This document shows, piece after piece, positions 55,885 to 64,000 of a stretch of 64,000 nt of DNA. The notes below the pieces were generated by a model, which did no database searches, was not told where the DNA came from, and worked only from the letters and a program-made list of their open reading frames with translations. Position 1 is the stretch's first letter, and each line of letters opens with the position of its first letter. A program made the position numbers and the translations under genes. Location: the NCBI RefSeq assembly GCF_003334355.1, contig NZ_QOWP01000023.1; one strand, 5' to 3'. The stretch is from Escherichia coli. Its GTDB lineage: Bacteria; Pseudomonadota; Gammaproteobacteria; Enterobacterales; Enterobacteriaceae.

Positions 55885-56382
55885 ATGATGATGAAAACTG
55901 TTAAACATCTTCTGTGCTGTGCCATTGCCGCCAGCGCATTAATTTCCACTGGGGTGCATGCTGCGTCCTGGAAAGATGCGCTCTCCAGCGCCGCCAGCGA
56001 ACTTGGCAACCAAAACAGCACGACACAGGAAGGCGGTTGGTCGCTCGCGTCATTAACTAACTTGCTTAGCAGCGGGAACCAGGCCTTAAGCGCAGATAAC
56101 ATGAACAACGCCGCAGGCATTCTGCAATACTGCGCGAAGCAAAAGCTGGCGTCGGTAACCGATGCCGAAAACATCAAGAACCAGGTGCTGGAAAAACTGG
56201 GCCTGAACAGTGAAGAGCAAAAAGAAGACACCAACTATCTGGATGGCATTCAGGGTTTGCTGAAAACCAAAGATGGTCAGCAACTCAATCTGGATAATAT
56301 CGGAACGACTCCGCTGGCAGAAAAGGTGAAAACCAAAGCCTGCGATCTGGTGTTAAAGCAGGGGCTGAACTTCATTTCCTGA
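55885..56382 (+). CDS. yjjA: Secreted protein YjjA (DUF2501), about 164 aa
   Basis: Signal peptide MMMKTVKHLLCCAIAASALISTGVHA. The start could be 55885 or 55888. Confidence 0.75.
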   Translation: MMMKTVKHLLCCAIAASALISTGVHAASWKDALSSAASELGNQNSTTQEGGWSLASLTNLLSSGNQALSADNMNNAAGILQYCAKQKLASVTDAENIKNQVLEKLGLNSEEQKEDTNYLDGIQGLLKTKDGQQLNLDNIGTTPLAEKVKTKACDLVLKQGLNFIS

Positions 56383-56635
56383 ACCGCGAAACGCCGCGTT
56401 TTAGCTGTTACCCGGCTGACGCGGCTCTCTCCTGCCCTTTTCCCTGCTCCTGGACGGTTTTCCCCCTGTTACACGGGAAGCGACCGTAATCAAAAAAGTC
56501 TGTTTATAAACTAATTCCTAACAACATCGCATTTTTTTGACACTAGAATTGCAGCAATATGGCGACGCCATTACATTGTGCTTCTCAAAAAGCTTAAACG
56601 TTGGCTAAACGGCCCGGTTTAGTGAGGATCGCCCG

Positions 56636-58927
56636 TTGTCAGAACTACTCTCTTTCGCCCTTTTTCTCGCCTCTGTGCTGATTTACGCATGGAAAGCGGG
56701 ACGTAACACCTGGTGGTTTGCAGCCACGTTAACGGTGCTGGGGCTATTTGTCGTTTTAAATATCACCCTGTTTGCCAGCGACTATTTTACTGGCGATGGT
56801 ATTAACGACGCGGTTCTCTATACCTTAACCAACAGCCTGACCGGTGCTGGTGTCAGCAAATACATTCTTCCGGGTATCGGCATTGTGCTGGGGCTGACGG
56901 CGGTGTTCGGTGCGCTGGGCTGGATCCTGCGCCGTCGTCGCCATCATCCGCACCATTTTGGTTACAGCCTGCTGGCACTCTTACTGGCGCTGGGTTCAGT
57001 GGATGCCAGCCCGGCATTTCGTCAGATAACGGAACTGGTGAAATCCCAGTCACGCGATGGCGACCCGGACTTTGCGGCTTATTATAAAGAGCCGTCGAAA
57101 ACTATCCCTGACCCGAAACTCAACCTGGTTTATATCTACGGCGAAAGTCTCGAGCGGACCTATTTTGATAACGAAGCTTTCCCGGATCTCACGCCTGAAC
57201 TGGGCGCGTTGAAAAATGAAGGCCTGGATTTCAGCCACACGCAGCAGCTGCCAGGAACGGATTACACGATTGCGGGCATGGTGGCTTCTCAGTGCGGCAT
57301 ACCGCTGTTTGCCCCCTTTGAAGGCAACGCCTCCGCCTCTGTCTCCAGCTTCTTCCCGCAGAACATCTGTCTGGGCGATATCCTGAAAAACTCGGGTTAT
57401 CAGAACTATTTCGTGCAGGGCGCGAATCTGCGTTTTGCCGGTAAAGATGTGTTCCTGAAGTCGCATGGCTTCGACCACTTATACGGCTCAGAAGAGCTGA
57501 AAAGCGTGGTGGCCGACCCGCACTATCGCAACGACTGGGGATTCTACGACGATACCGTTCTCGATGAAGCGTGGAAAAAGTTTGAAGAGCTTTCCCGCTC
57601 AGGTCAGCGATTCTCACTGTTTACCCTGACAGTCGATACCCATCACCCGGATGGTTTTATCTCGCGTACCTGTAACCGCAAAAAATATGATTTTGACGGT
57701 AAGCCGAACCAGTCATTCAGCGCGGTAAGTTGCAGCCAGGAGAATATCGCGGCGTTTATCAACAAAATCAAAGCGTCACCGTGGTTTAAAGATACCGTCA
57801 TCGTCGTCTCTTCTGACCATTTAGCGATGAACAACACGGCGTGGAAATACCTTAATAAGCAGGATCGCAATAACCTGTTTTTTGTCATTCGTGGCGACAA
57901 GCCGCAGCAAGAGACGCTGGCAGTGAAGCGTAACACGATGGATAACGGCGCGACGGTGCTGGACATTCTCGGTGGCGATAACTATCTCGGACTTGGTCGT
58001 AGCAGTTTATCCGGGCAGTCAATGTCGGAAATCTTCCTCAATATCAAAGAGAAAACATTGGCGTGGAAGCCGGATATCATCCGCCTGTGGAAATTCCCTA
58101 AAGAGATGAAAGAGTTCACCATCGACCAGCAGAAAAACATGATTGCCTTCTCGGGTAGCCATTTCCGTTTGCCACTGCTGTTGCGGGTTTCAGACAAACG
58201 CGTGGAACCGCTGCCGGAAAGCGAATACTCAGCACCGCTGCGTTTCCAGCTGGCCGATTTCGCTCCACGCGACAATTTCGTCTGGGTTGACCGTTGCTAT
58301 AAGATGGCACAACTCTGGGCTCCGGAACTGGCACTCTCCACCGACTGGTGTGTCTCGCAAGGGCAGCTTGGCGGTCAGCAAATTGTTCAGCATGTTGACA
58401 AAACAACATGGCAGGGCAAAACGGCATTTAAAGATACGGTCATCGACATGGCGCGTTATAAAGGCAATGTCGATACGCTGAAAATTGTTGATAACGATAT
58501 TCGCTACAAAGCCGACAGTTTCATCTTCAACGTCGCCGGTGCGCCAGAAGAGGTGAAACAGTTTAGTGGGATTTCCCGTCCAGAGTCGTGGGGCCGCTGG
58601 TCCAACGCGCAGCTGGGCGATGAAGTAAAAATCGAGTACAAGCATCCGCTGCCGAAGAAATTTGACCTGGTGATTACCGCCAAAGCATACGGCAATAACG
58701 CCAGCCGTCCTATTCCGGTACGCGTAGGCAATGAAGAACAAACTCTTGTGCTGGGCAATGAAGTGACCACCACCACACTGCATTTCGATAACCCAACCGA
58801 TGCCGACACACTGGTAATTGTGCCGCCGGAACCTGTCTCAACCAACGAAGGGAATATCCTCGGACACTCGCCGCGTAAGCTCGGGATCGGCATGGTGGAA
58901 ATTAAAGTTGTGGAACGTGAAGGGTAA
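56636..58927 (+). CDS. opgB: Phosphoglycerol transferase I OpgB/MdoB (763 aa)
   Basis: TTG start at 56636; N-terminal TM segments plus a sulfatase-like periplasmic domain. Confidence 0.93.
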
Positions 58928-58936
58928 TTTCTGACT

Positions 58937-58971
58937 GATGTGTAGGTCGCATAAGGTGCGACCTACACATC
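58937..58971. terminator. Perfect 15-bp-stem palindrome between convergent opgB and lgoD
   Basis: gatgtgtaggtcgca taagg tgcgacctacacatc, followed by a REP fragment ccggcctacaaaac. Confidence 0.65.
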
Positions 58972-59066
58972 TTCTCCGGCCTACAAAACATCATTGAGAA
59001 ACAGAAAAAAAACAGCGCCCAACACTTCCCCGGACGCTGCATGGCAACTTTAATAATCTCGCCTTA

Positions 59067-60089
59067 TCAGAAAGTAATTACACCCTTAATCAACTCACGA
59101 TTGTTAATCACATCGCGCTCGTAGGTTTCTGCCAGCGTGGCGAACGGATAGCGATGGGTTAACATCATGTCGGCAGTGATTTTTCCTTCCGCCATCAGTC
59201 GACCGACTTTAGCAAAATCTTCCGGCGTGGCGTTGCGGCTGCCCATCATCGTCGTTTCTTTTTTATGGAATTCCGGATCGGAGAACTGCAACTCACCTTT
59301 AAACAGGCCGACAAATACCACCGTGCCGCCGTGACGAATCAAATTCACGGTGTTATTCATCGCATGTTGATTACCTGTCGCGTCGATCACTTTCTGCGCC
59401 AGCGAACCACCAAACTGCGCCCGTAGCTGCGCGTCAAAATCTTCGGCTGACGGGTCCAGTAAAGGTAATTCCAGACGCGTTGCCACATGTTCACGGCGCG
59501 CCGGACTGGTATCCGCCACCACCACCTGTGCGCCATCGGCTTTAGCGATTGCCGCCGCGCCCAGACCGATTGGCCCCGCCCCGACCACCAGCACCTGCTC
59601 GCCGGGAGCAATGGCTGCGCGACGCACCGCATGAGCGCTAATAGCGAAAGGTTCAATCAATGCTGCCGCCTGCGGGTCAATACCGTCTGCGGGCAAAATG
59701 TTCGCCACCGGCACGCTCAAATACTCACTAAAACCGCCATCCTGATGCACGCCAATGACTGAAATTTTTTCACAGCAATTGGTACGCCCGCTTTTACACG
59801 CCGGGCATTGCTGACAGGCAACATAAGGGATCACAGCAACTTGCTGACCATTTTTAAGATCAGCAATATTTTTACCCAGCCCAACAATCTCCCCACATAT
59901 TTCATGGCCTAAAACACGTGGATAACTAAAAAATGGTTGATTTCCACCCCAGGCATGAATATCGGTACCACAAATCCCGACAGACTTAATTTTTATTAAT
60001 GCTTCATTGTCACCCGGAATAGGTATCTCGCGTTGTTTCCAGACTAATTCTTTCGGCTGCTGGCAAATTAAAACATTCATCGTAGACAT
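59067..60089 (-). CDS. lgoD: L-galactonate 5-dehydrogenase LgoD/YjjN (340 aa)
   Basis: Zn-dependent ADH family (GHEICGEIV, GAGPIGLG). Start MSTMNVLICQQPKELVWK at 60089. Confidence 0.9.
   Translation of the reverse strand: MSTMNVLICQQPKELVWKQREIPIPGDNEALIKIKSVGICGTDIHAWGGNQPFFSYPRVLGHEICGEIVGLGKNIADLKNGQQVAVIPYVACQQCPACKSGRTNCCEKISVIGVHQDGGFSEYLSVPVANILPADGIDPQAAALIEPFAISAHAVRRAAIAPGEQVLVVGAGPIGLGAAAIAKADGAQVVVADTSPARREHVATRLELPLLDPSAEDFDAQLRAQFGGSLAQKVIDATGNQHAMNNTVNLIRHGGTVVFVGLFKGELQFSDPEFHKKETTMMGSRNATPEDFAKVGRLMAEGKITADMMLTHRYPFATLAETYERDVINNRELIKGVITF
59585..59592 (-). other. Chi octamer 5'-GCTGGTGG-3' (minus strand)
   Basis: Plus strand reads ccaccagc. Confidence 0.85.
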
Positions 60090-60227
60090 GATTCGGCTCT
60101 CCATTTTTTGTTGCCTTAGATATCAATAAAAATGAAAAATGGCAGCGGAACGGAAAATCTGTTTTGTGAAAACACACGCATAAAAATGTTTTAAATCGGG
60201 TTTTAATGGACTCACAAGGAGGAAAAT

Positions 60228-61142
60228 ATGAGTCGTTCACAAAATTTACGCCACAATGTGATTAACCAGGTCATTGATGATATGGTGCGGGGTCATATCC
60301 CTTCCCCACTTCCATCGCAAAGTGCGCTGGCGGAAATGTACAACATCAGCCGCACTACAGTGCGTCATATTCTCAGCCACTTACGCGAATGCGGCGTCTT
60401 AACGCAGGTTGGAAACGACTATGTGATTGCGCGTAAACCTGACCATGATGACGGTTTCGCCTGTACTACCGCTTCAATGAGTGAACAAAACAAAGTGTTT
60501 GAGCAGGCTTTTTTCACGATGATAAACCAGCGCCAGTTACGCCCTGGGGAAACTTTTTCTGAACTGCAACTGGCTCGGGCCGCGGGTGTCAGCCCGGTTG
60601 TAGTAAGAGAATATCTTTTAAAATTCGGCCGTTATAATCTTATTCAAAGCGAAAAGCGCGGCCAGTGGAGCATGAAGCAATTCGATCAATCCTACGCCGA
60701 GCAGCTGTTTGAACTACGCGAAATGCTCGAAACACATTCACTTCAGCACTTTCTCAACCTGCCTGATCATGATCCCCGCTGGCTGCAGGCGAAAACCATG
60801 CTCGAACGTCATCGGCTACTGCGTGACAACATCGGCAATAGCTTTCGCATGTTCTCGCAACTTGACAGAGATTTTCACTCCTTACTGCTTTCAGCTGCCG
60901 ACAATATCTTTTTTGATCAATCTCTTGAGATCATCTCAGTCATCTTTCATTTTCACTATCAATGGGACGAAAGCGATCTTAAACAGCGCAATATCATTGC
61001 CGTCGATGAGCATATGACCATTCTCAGCGCTCTGATTTGCCGCAGTGACCTTGATGCCACCCTTGCGCTCCGTAACCATTTGAATTCAGCTAAACAATCA
61101 ATGATTCGATCCATTAATGAGAACACGCGTTATGCTCATTAA
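60228..61142 (+). CDS. lgoR: GntR-family regulator LgoR/YjjM (304 aa)
   Basis: N-terminal winged HTH (LPSQSALAEMYNISRTTVRHILSHL) plus an FCD-type C-terminal domain. Confidence 0.88.
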   Translation: MSRSQNLRHNVINQVIDDMVRGHIPSPLPSQSALAEMYNISRTTVRHILSHLRECGVLTQVGNDYVIARKPDHDDGFACTTASMSEQNKVFEQAFFTMINQRQLRPGETFSELQLARAAGVSPVVVREYLLKFGRYNLIQSEKRGQWSMKQFDQSYAEQLFELREMLETHSLQHFLNLPDHDPRWLQAKTMLERHRLLRDNIGNSFRMFSQLDRDFHSLLLSAADNIFFDQSLEIISVIFHFHYQWDESDLKQRNIIAVDEHMTILSALICRSDLDATLALRNHLNSAKQSMIRSINENTRYAH

Positions 61143-61355
61143 GTACGGATTAAAAACAGCAAACTATTAGCGGTGCACGGTTTTATCAAAAGATAAATAC
61201 CGGGAAATTCCCGCTTACCTATGCTCACAATCAGTCGACTAAAAATGTTTTTGTGAGCGGTAGTAAAGTCCTAAAACTTTAACCTGCCGTTAATGTCAAC
61301 CTTGCGTAATGCACAATTACGTAAACAATTAAAATTATAAATACAGGAGTCCGGC

Positions 61356-62717
61356 GTGGAAAAAGAAAATATCACCCTCGATCCGCGTTCTTCATTTACT
61401 CCATCTTCGTCGGCAGATATTCCCGTGCCACCAGATGGATTAGTTCAACGCAGTACCCGAATTAAACGCATTCAAACCACCGCCATGTTGTTATTATTTT
61501 TTGCGGCGGTAATCAATTATCTCGACCGCAGTTCGCTGTCGGTAGCAAATTTAACGATTCGTGAAGAATTGGGATTAAGTGCCACCGAAATCGGCGCTTT
61601 GCTCTCCGTGTTTTCACTCGCTTACGGGATTGCGCAACTTCCTTGCGGCCCACTATTGGATCGTAAAGGCCCACGCCTGATGCTGGGACTGGGGATGTTC
61701 TTCTGGTCACTGTTCCAGGCCATGTCTGGCATGGTGCACAGCTTTACGCAGTTCGTGTTGGTGCGTATCGGTATGGGGATTGGTGAAGCGCCGATGAACC
61801 CATGTGGCGTAAAAGTCATTAACGACTGGTTCAACATCAAAGAGCGCGGACGCCCGATGGGCTTCTTCAACGCAGCTTCTACCATTGGCGTTGCCGTAAG
61901 CCCACCGATTCTGGCGGCGATGATGCTGGTGATGGGCTGGCGTGGGATGTTTATTACCATTGGTGTGCTGGGGATTTTTCTCGCCATTGGCTGGTATATG
62001 CTCTATCGCAACCGCGAGCACGTAGAACTGACTGCCGTTGAACAAGCTTATCTCAATGCAGGTAGCGTCAATGCCCGCCGAGATCCGCTCAGTTTTGCCG
62101 AATGGCGCAGCCTGTTCCGTAACCGCACAATGTGGGGAATGATGCTCGGATTCAGTGGCATCAACTACACTGCGTGGCTGTATCTGGCCTGGCTTCCTGG
62201 TTACCTGCAAACAGCCTATAACCTGGATTTAAAAAGCACAGGGTTGATGGCGGCTATCCCTTTCCTGTTTGGGGCTGCCGGGATGCTGGTCAACGGTTAC
62301 GTTACTGACTGGCTGGTCAAAGGGGGAATGGCTCCGATTAAAAGCCGTAAGATCTGCATTATTGCCGGGATGTTCTGTTCTGCCGCCTTTACGCTGGTCG
62401 TACCGCAAGCGACAACATCCATGACGGCGGTTCTGCTGATTGGCATGGCACTGTTCTGTATTCACTTTGCCGGAACATCCTGCTGGGGCTTGATCCACGT
62501 CGCAGTTGCTTCTCGCATGACGGCGTCGGTGGGCAGTATCCAGAACTTTGCCAGCTTCATCTGCGCCTCTTTTGCGCCGATCATTACTGGTTTTATTGTT
62601 GATACCACCCACTCATTCCGTCTGGCACTAATCATCTGCGGTTGCGTCACCGCAGCGGGAGCACTGGCGTACATCTTCCTGGTTCGTCAGCCGATCAACG
62701 ACCCGCGTAAAGATTAA
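61356..62717 (+). CDS. lgoT: MFS L-galactonate transporter LgoT/YjjL (453 aa)
   Basis: GTG start; 12-TM MFS topology with the motif LDRKGPR. Confidence 0.9.
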   Translation: MEKENITLDPRSSFTPSSSADIPVPPDGLVQRSTRIKRIQTTAMLLLFFAAVINYLDRSSLSVANLTIREELGLSATEIGALLSVFSLAYGIAQLPCGPLLDRKGPRLMLGLGMFFWSLFQAMSGMVHSFTQFVLVRIGMGIGEAPMNPCGVKVINDWFNIKERGRPMGFFNAASTIGVAVSPPILAAMMLVMGWRGMFITIGVLGIFLAIGWYMLYRNREHVELTAVEQAYLNAGSVNARRDPLSFAEWRSLFRNRTMWGMMLGFSGINYTAWLYLAWLPGYLQTAYNLDLKSTGLMAAIPFLFGAAGMLVNGYVTDWLVKGGMAPIKSRKICIIAGMFCSAAFTLVVPQATTSMTAVLLIGMALFCIHFAGTSCWGLIHVAVASRMTASVGSIQNFASFICASFAPIITGFIVDTTHSFRLALIICGCVTAAGALAYIFLVRQPINDPRKD

Positions 62718-62724
62718 ACTCCCT

Positions 62725-62760
62725 ATGCCCGATAACATTTTGCTTATCGGGCATTTTTAT
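62725..62760 (+). terminator. Terminator shared by convergent lgoT and tsr
   Basis: atgcccgataa (62725-62735) pairs with ttatcgggcat (62744-62754), followed by T5. Confidence 0.8.
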
Positions 62761-62765
62761 GGCGA

Positions 62766-64000
62766 TTAAAACGTTTCCCAGTTCTCCCCGCTATCTGCCA
62801 CTGCCATTTTACGCGGCGTAGCTGGCGTCACGTTTTTTACCACAGCCGATGTTTCACGCTGCTGTTGCTGCTGTTGCTGAATCCGGAACACTGCCACAGC
62901 TTCGGTCAGGCGACTGGCCTGCTCTTCCAGCGCGGCGGCGGCAGCGGCAGATTCTTCCACCAGCGCAGCGTTCTGTTGAGTTACCCGGTCCATCTCAGCA
63001 ACCGCTAAGCCAACCTGATCGATACCACGGCTCTGCTCATCAGAAGCAGAAGCAATTTCGCCCATAATGTCCGTCACGCGGGTCACGGCACTGACAATCT
63101 CCGCCATTGTTTCCCCTGCGCTTTCGACCAGCGTAGAGCCAACATCTACTTTCCCCACCGAGTCTTCAATCAGGCTTTTAATTTCACGAGCCGCCTGAGC
63201 GCTGCGCTGGGCCAGATTACGCACTTCACCCGCGACCACCGCAAAACCGCGCCCTTGCTCACCCGCGCGCGCTGCTTCAACCGCCGCGTTCAAAGCCAGA
63301 ATATTGGTCTGGAAGGCAATGCCGTCAATTACGCTGATAATATCGGCGATTTTCTGCGAACTGGTGGAGATATCGCGCATAGTCTGCACCACGTTATCTA
63401 CCACTTTGCCGCCGCGTTGCGCCGTTTCAGAAGCACTTAACGCCAGGTGGCTGGCCTGGCGCGCATTTTCGGCGTTCTGTTTCACCGTTGCGGTCAGTTG
63501 CTCCATGCTGGCTGCCGTCTCTTCCAGCGAAGCGGCCTGTTGCTCGGTGCGCGAAGAGAGATCGTTATTGCCGGTAGCGATTTCGCTGGCACCGCTATAG
63601 ATGGCATTGGCCCCGTTGCGCACATCACCGACGGTACGCATCAGCTCTCCCTGCATATAGCGCAAACTCTCTGCCAGTTGCCCCATCTCATTAGAGCCAT
63701 CCACCTCAATCGGTTTCACCAGATCGCCGCCTGCAATATGACGAATGCTGTCAATCAGGCGATTCATTGGCGCTACCAACGAGGCTTTAATACCGAACCA
63801 GACGGCGAAGATGACTGCCAGTACGACGATCATCACGCCCACCAGAATCCACATCGCCTGGCTGTAGGAGGCATTATTATCGCTGACGGCGATATCATAG
63901 AGCCGATCGTTTTGCTCCATGTAAGCCACATACTGCTTCTCGAAACCGTCCTGATATCCCTGGGTCGGCTGATCAAAGAACTCGTTGATTTTGCCTGCAC
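62766..64000 (-). CDS. tsr: Serine chemoreceptor Tsr, C-terminal ~410 codons (5' end lies beyond the window)
   Basis: HAMP plus the MCP signalling domain (..[32 protein letters not shown]..) and the C-terminal NWETF pentapeptide. The frame is open to the window edge. Confidence 0.95.
   Translation of the reverse strand, partial: AGKINEFFDQPTQGYQDGFEKQYVAYMEQNDRLYDIAVSDNNASYSQAMWILVGVMIVVLAVIFAVWFGIKASLVAPMNRLIDSIRHIAGGDLVKPIEVDGSNEMGQLAESLRYMQGELMRTVGDVRNGANAIYSGASEIATGNNDLSSRTEQQAASLEETAASMEQLTATVKQNAENARQASHLALSASETAQRGGKVVDNVVQTMRDISTSSQKIADIISVIDGIAFQTNILALNAAVEAARAGEQGRGFAVVAGEVRNLAQRSAQAAREIKSLIEDSVGKVDVGSTLVESAGETMAEIVSAVTRVTDIMGEIASASDEQSRGIDQVGLAVAEMDRVTQQNAALVEESAAAAAALEEQASRLTEAVAVFRIQQQQQQQRETSAVVKNVTPATPRKMAVADSGENWETF
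62859..62879 (-). repeat. CAG/CAA trinucleotide run encoding Q7 in the Tsr C-terminal tether; internal 9-bp tandem duplication
   Basis: Plus strand reads (ctgctgttg)x2 then ctg. The protein reads ..[15 protein letters not shown]... Confidence 0.85.

Overview
This window is Escherichia coli core chromosome. It runs in reverse orientation relative to the K-12 MG1655 convention and crosses the conventional coordinate origin (MG1655 position 1 is about window 15534).

Gene order:
- IS186 right end
- dnaJ, dnaK
- yaaI, yaaW (with antisense htgA), satP, mog, talB, yaaJ, yaaA, yaaX
- thrC, thrB, thrA, thrL
- lasT, yjjY, arcA, creD, creC, creB, creA, rob, gpmB, yjjX, trpR, slt, ettA, nadR, radA, serB, ytjB, lplA
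- a 454-bp AT-rich islet
- deoD, deoB, deoA, deoC, yjjI, yjjW
- a 101-bp-period BIME array
- yjjV, yjjU, ytjA, osmY, prfC, yjjG, rimI, holD, rsmC
- one tRNA-Leu(CAG)
- yjjZ, fhuF, bglJ, yjjQ, yjjP, yjjB, dnaT, dnaC, yjjA, opgB, lgoD, lgoR, lgoT
- the 3' two-thirds of tsr

From dnaJ to lplA the gene coordinates are collinear, with no indels, with the MG1655 coordinates I remember. Several residues differ from my memory of K-12 (for example ThrA ..[11 protein letters not shown]..), so this is a related non-K-12 strain.

Identifications rest on reading the supplied translations for family motifs, on synteny, and on recall of E. coli proteins. No searches were run.

I do not see a convincing new multi-gene system such as a defence island, a toxin-immunity cassette or a CRISPR array. 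Almost everything is conserved housekeeping DNA. The leads worth a second look are:
1. The lplA-deoD islet. It carries an orphan 87-aa XRE-type HTH ORF where I recall K-12 having hipH (yjjJ). Phased TGAAT repeats and an ATGA-coupled 17-codon mini-ORF follow it.
2. The uncharacterised short glycyl-radical-type enzyme and activase pair yjjI-yjjW.
3. A start-less relic of an HTH antitoxin-like gene, truncated by REP elements, just downstream of nadR.
4. Strain-variable repeat loci: the 5-unit BIME array, a single tRNA-Leu where K-12 has three, and a 9-bp CAG/CAA duplication in the tsr tail.
5. DeoR operators O1 and OE embedded inside the yjjI coding sequence at exactly the published spacings.

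The many long plus/minus 'shadow' ORFs in the track are explained by codon-aligned antisense frames or by REP sequences, and I rejected them.
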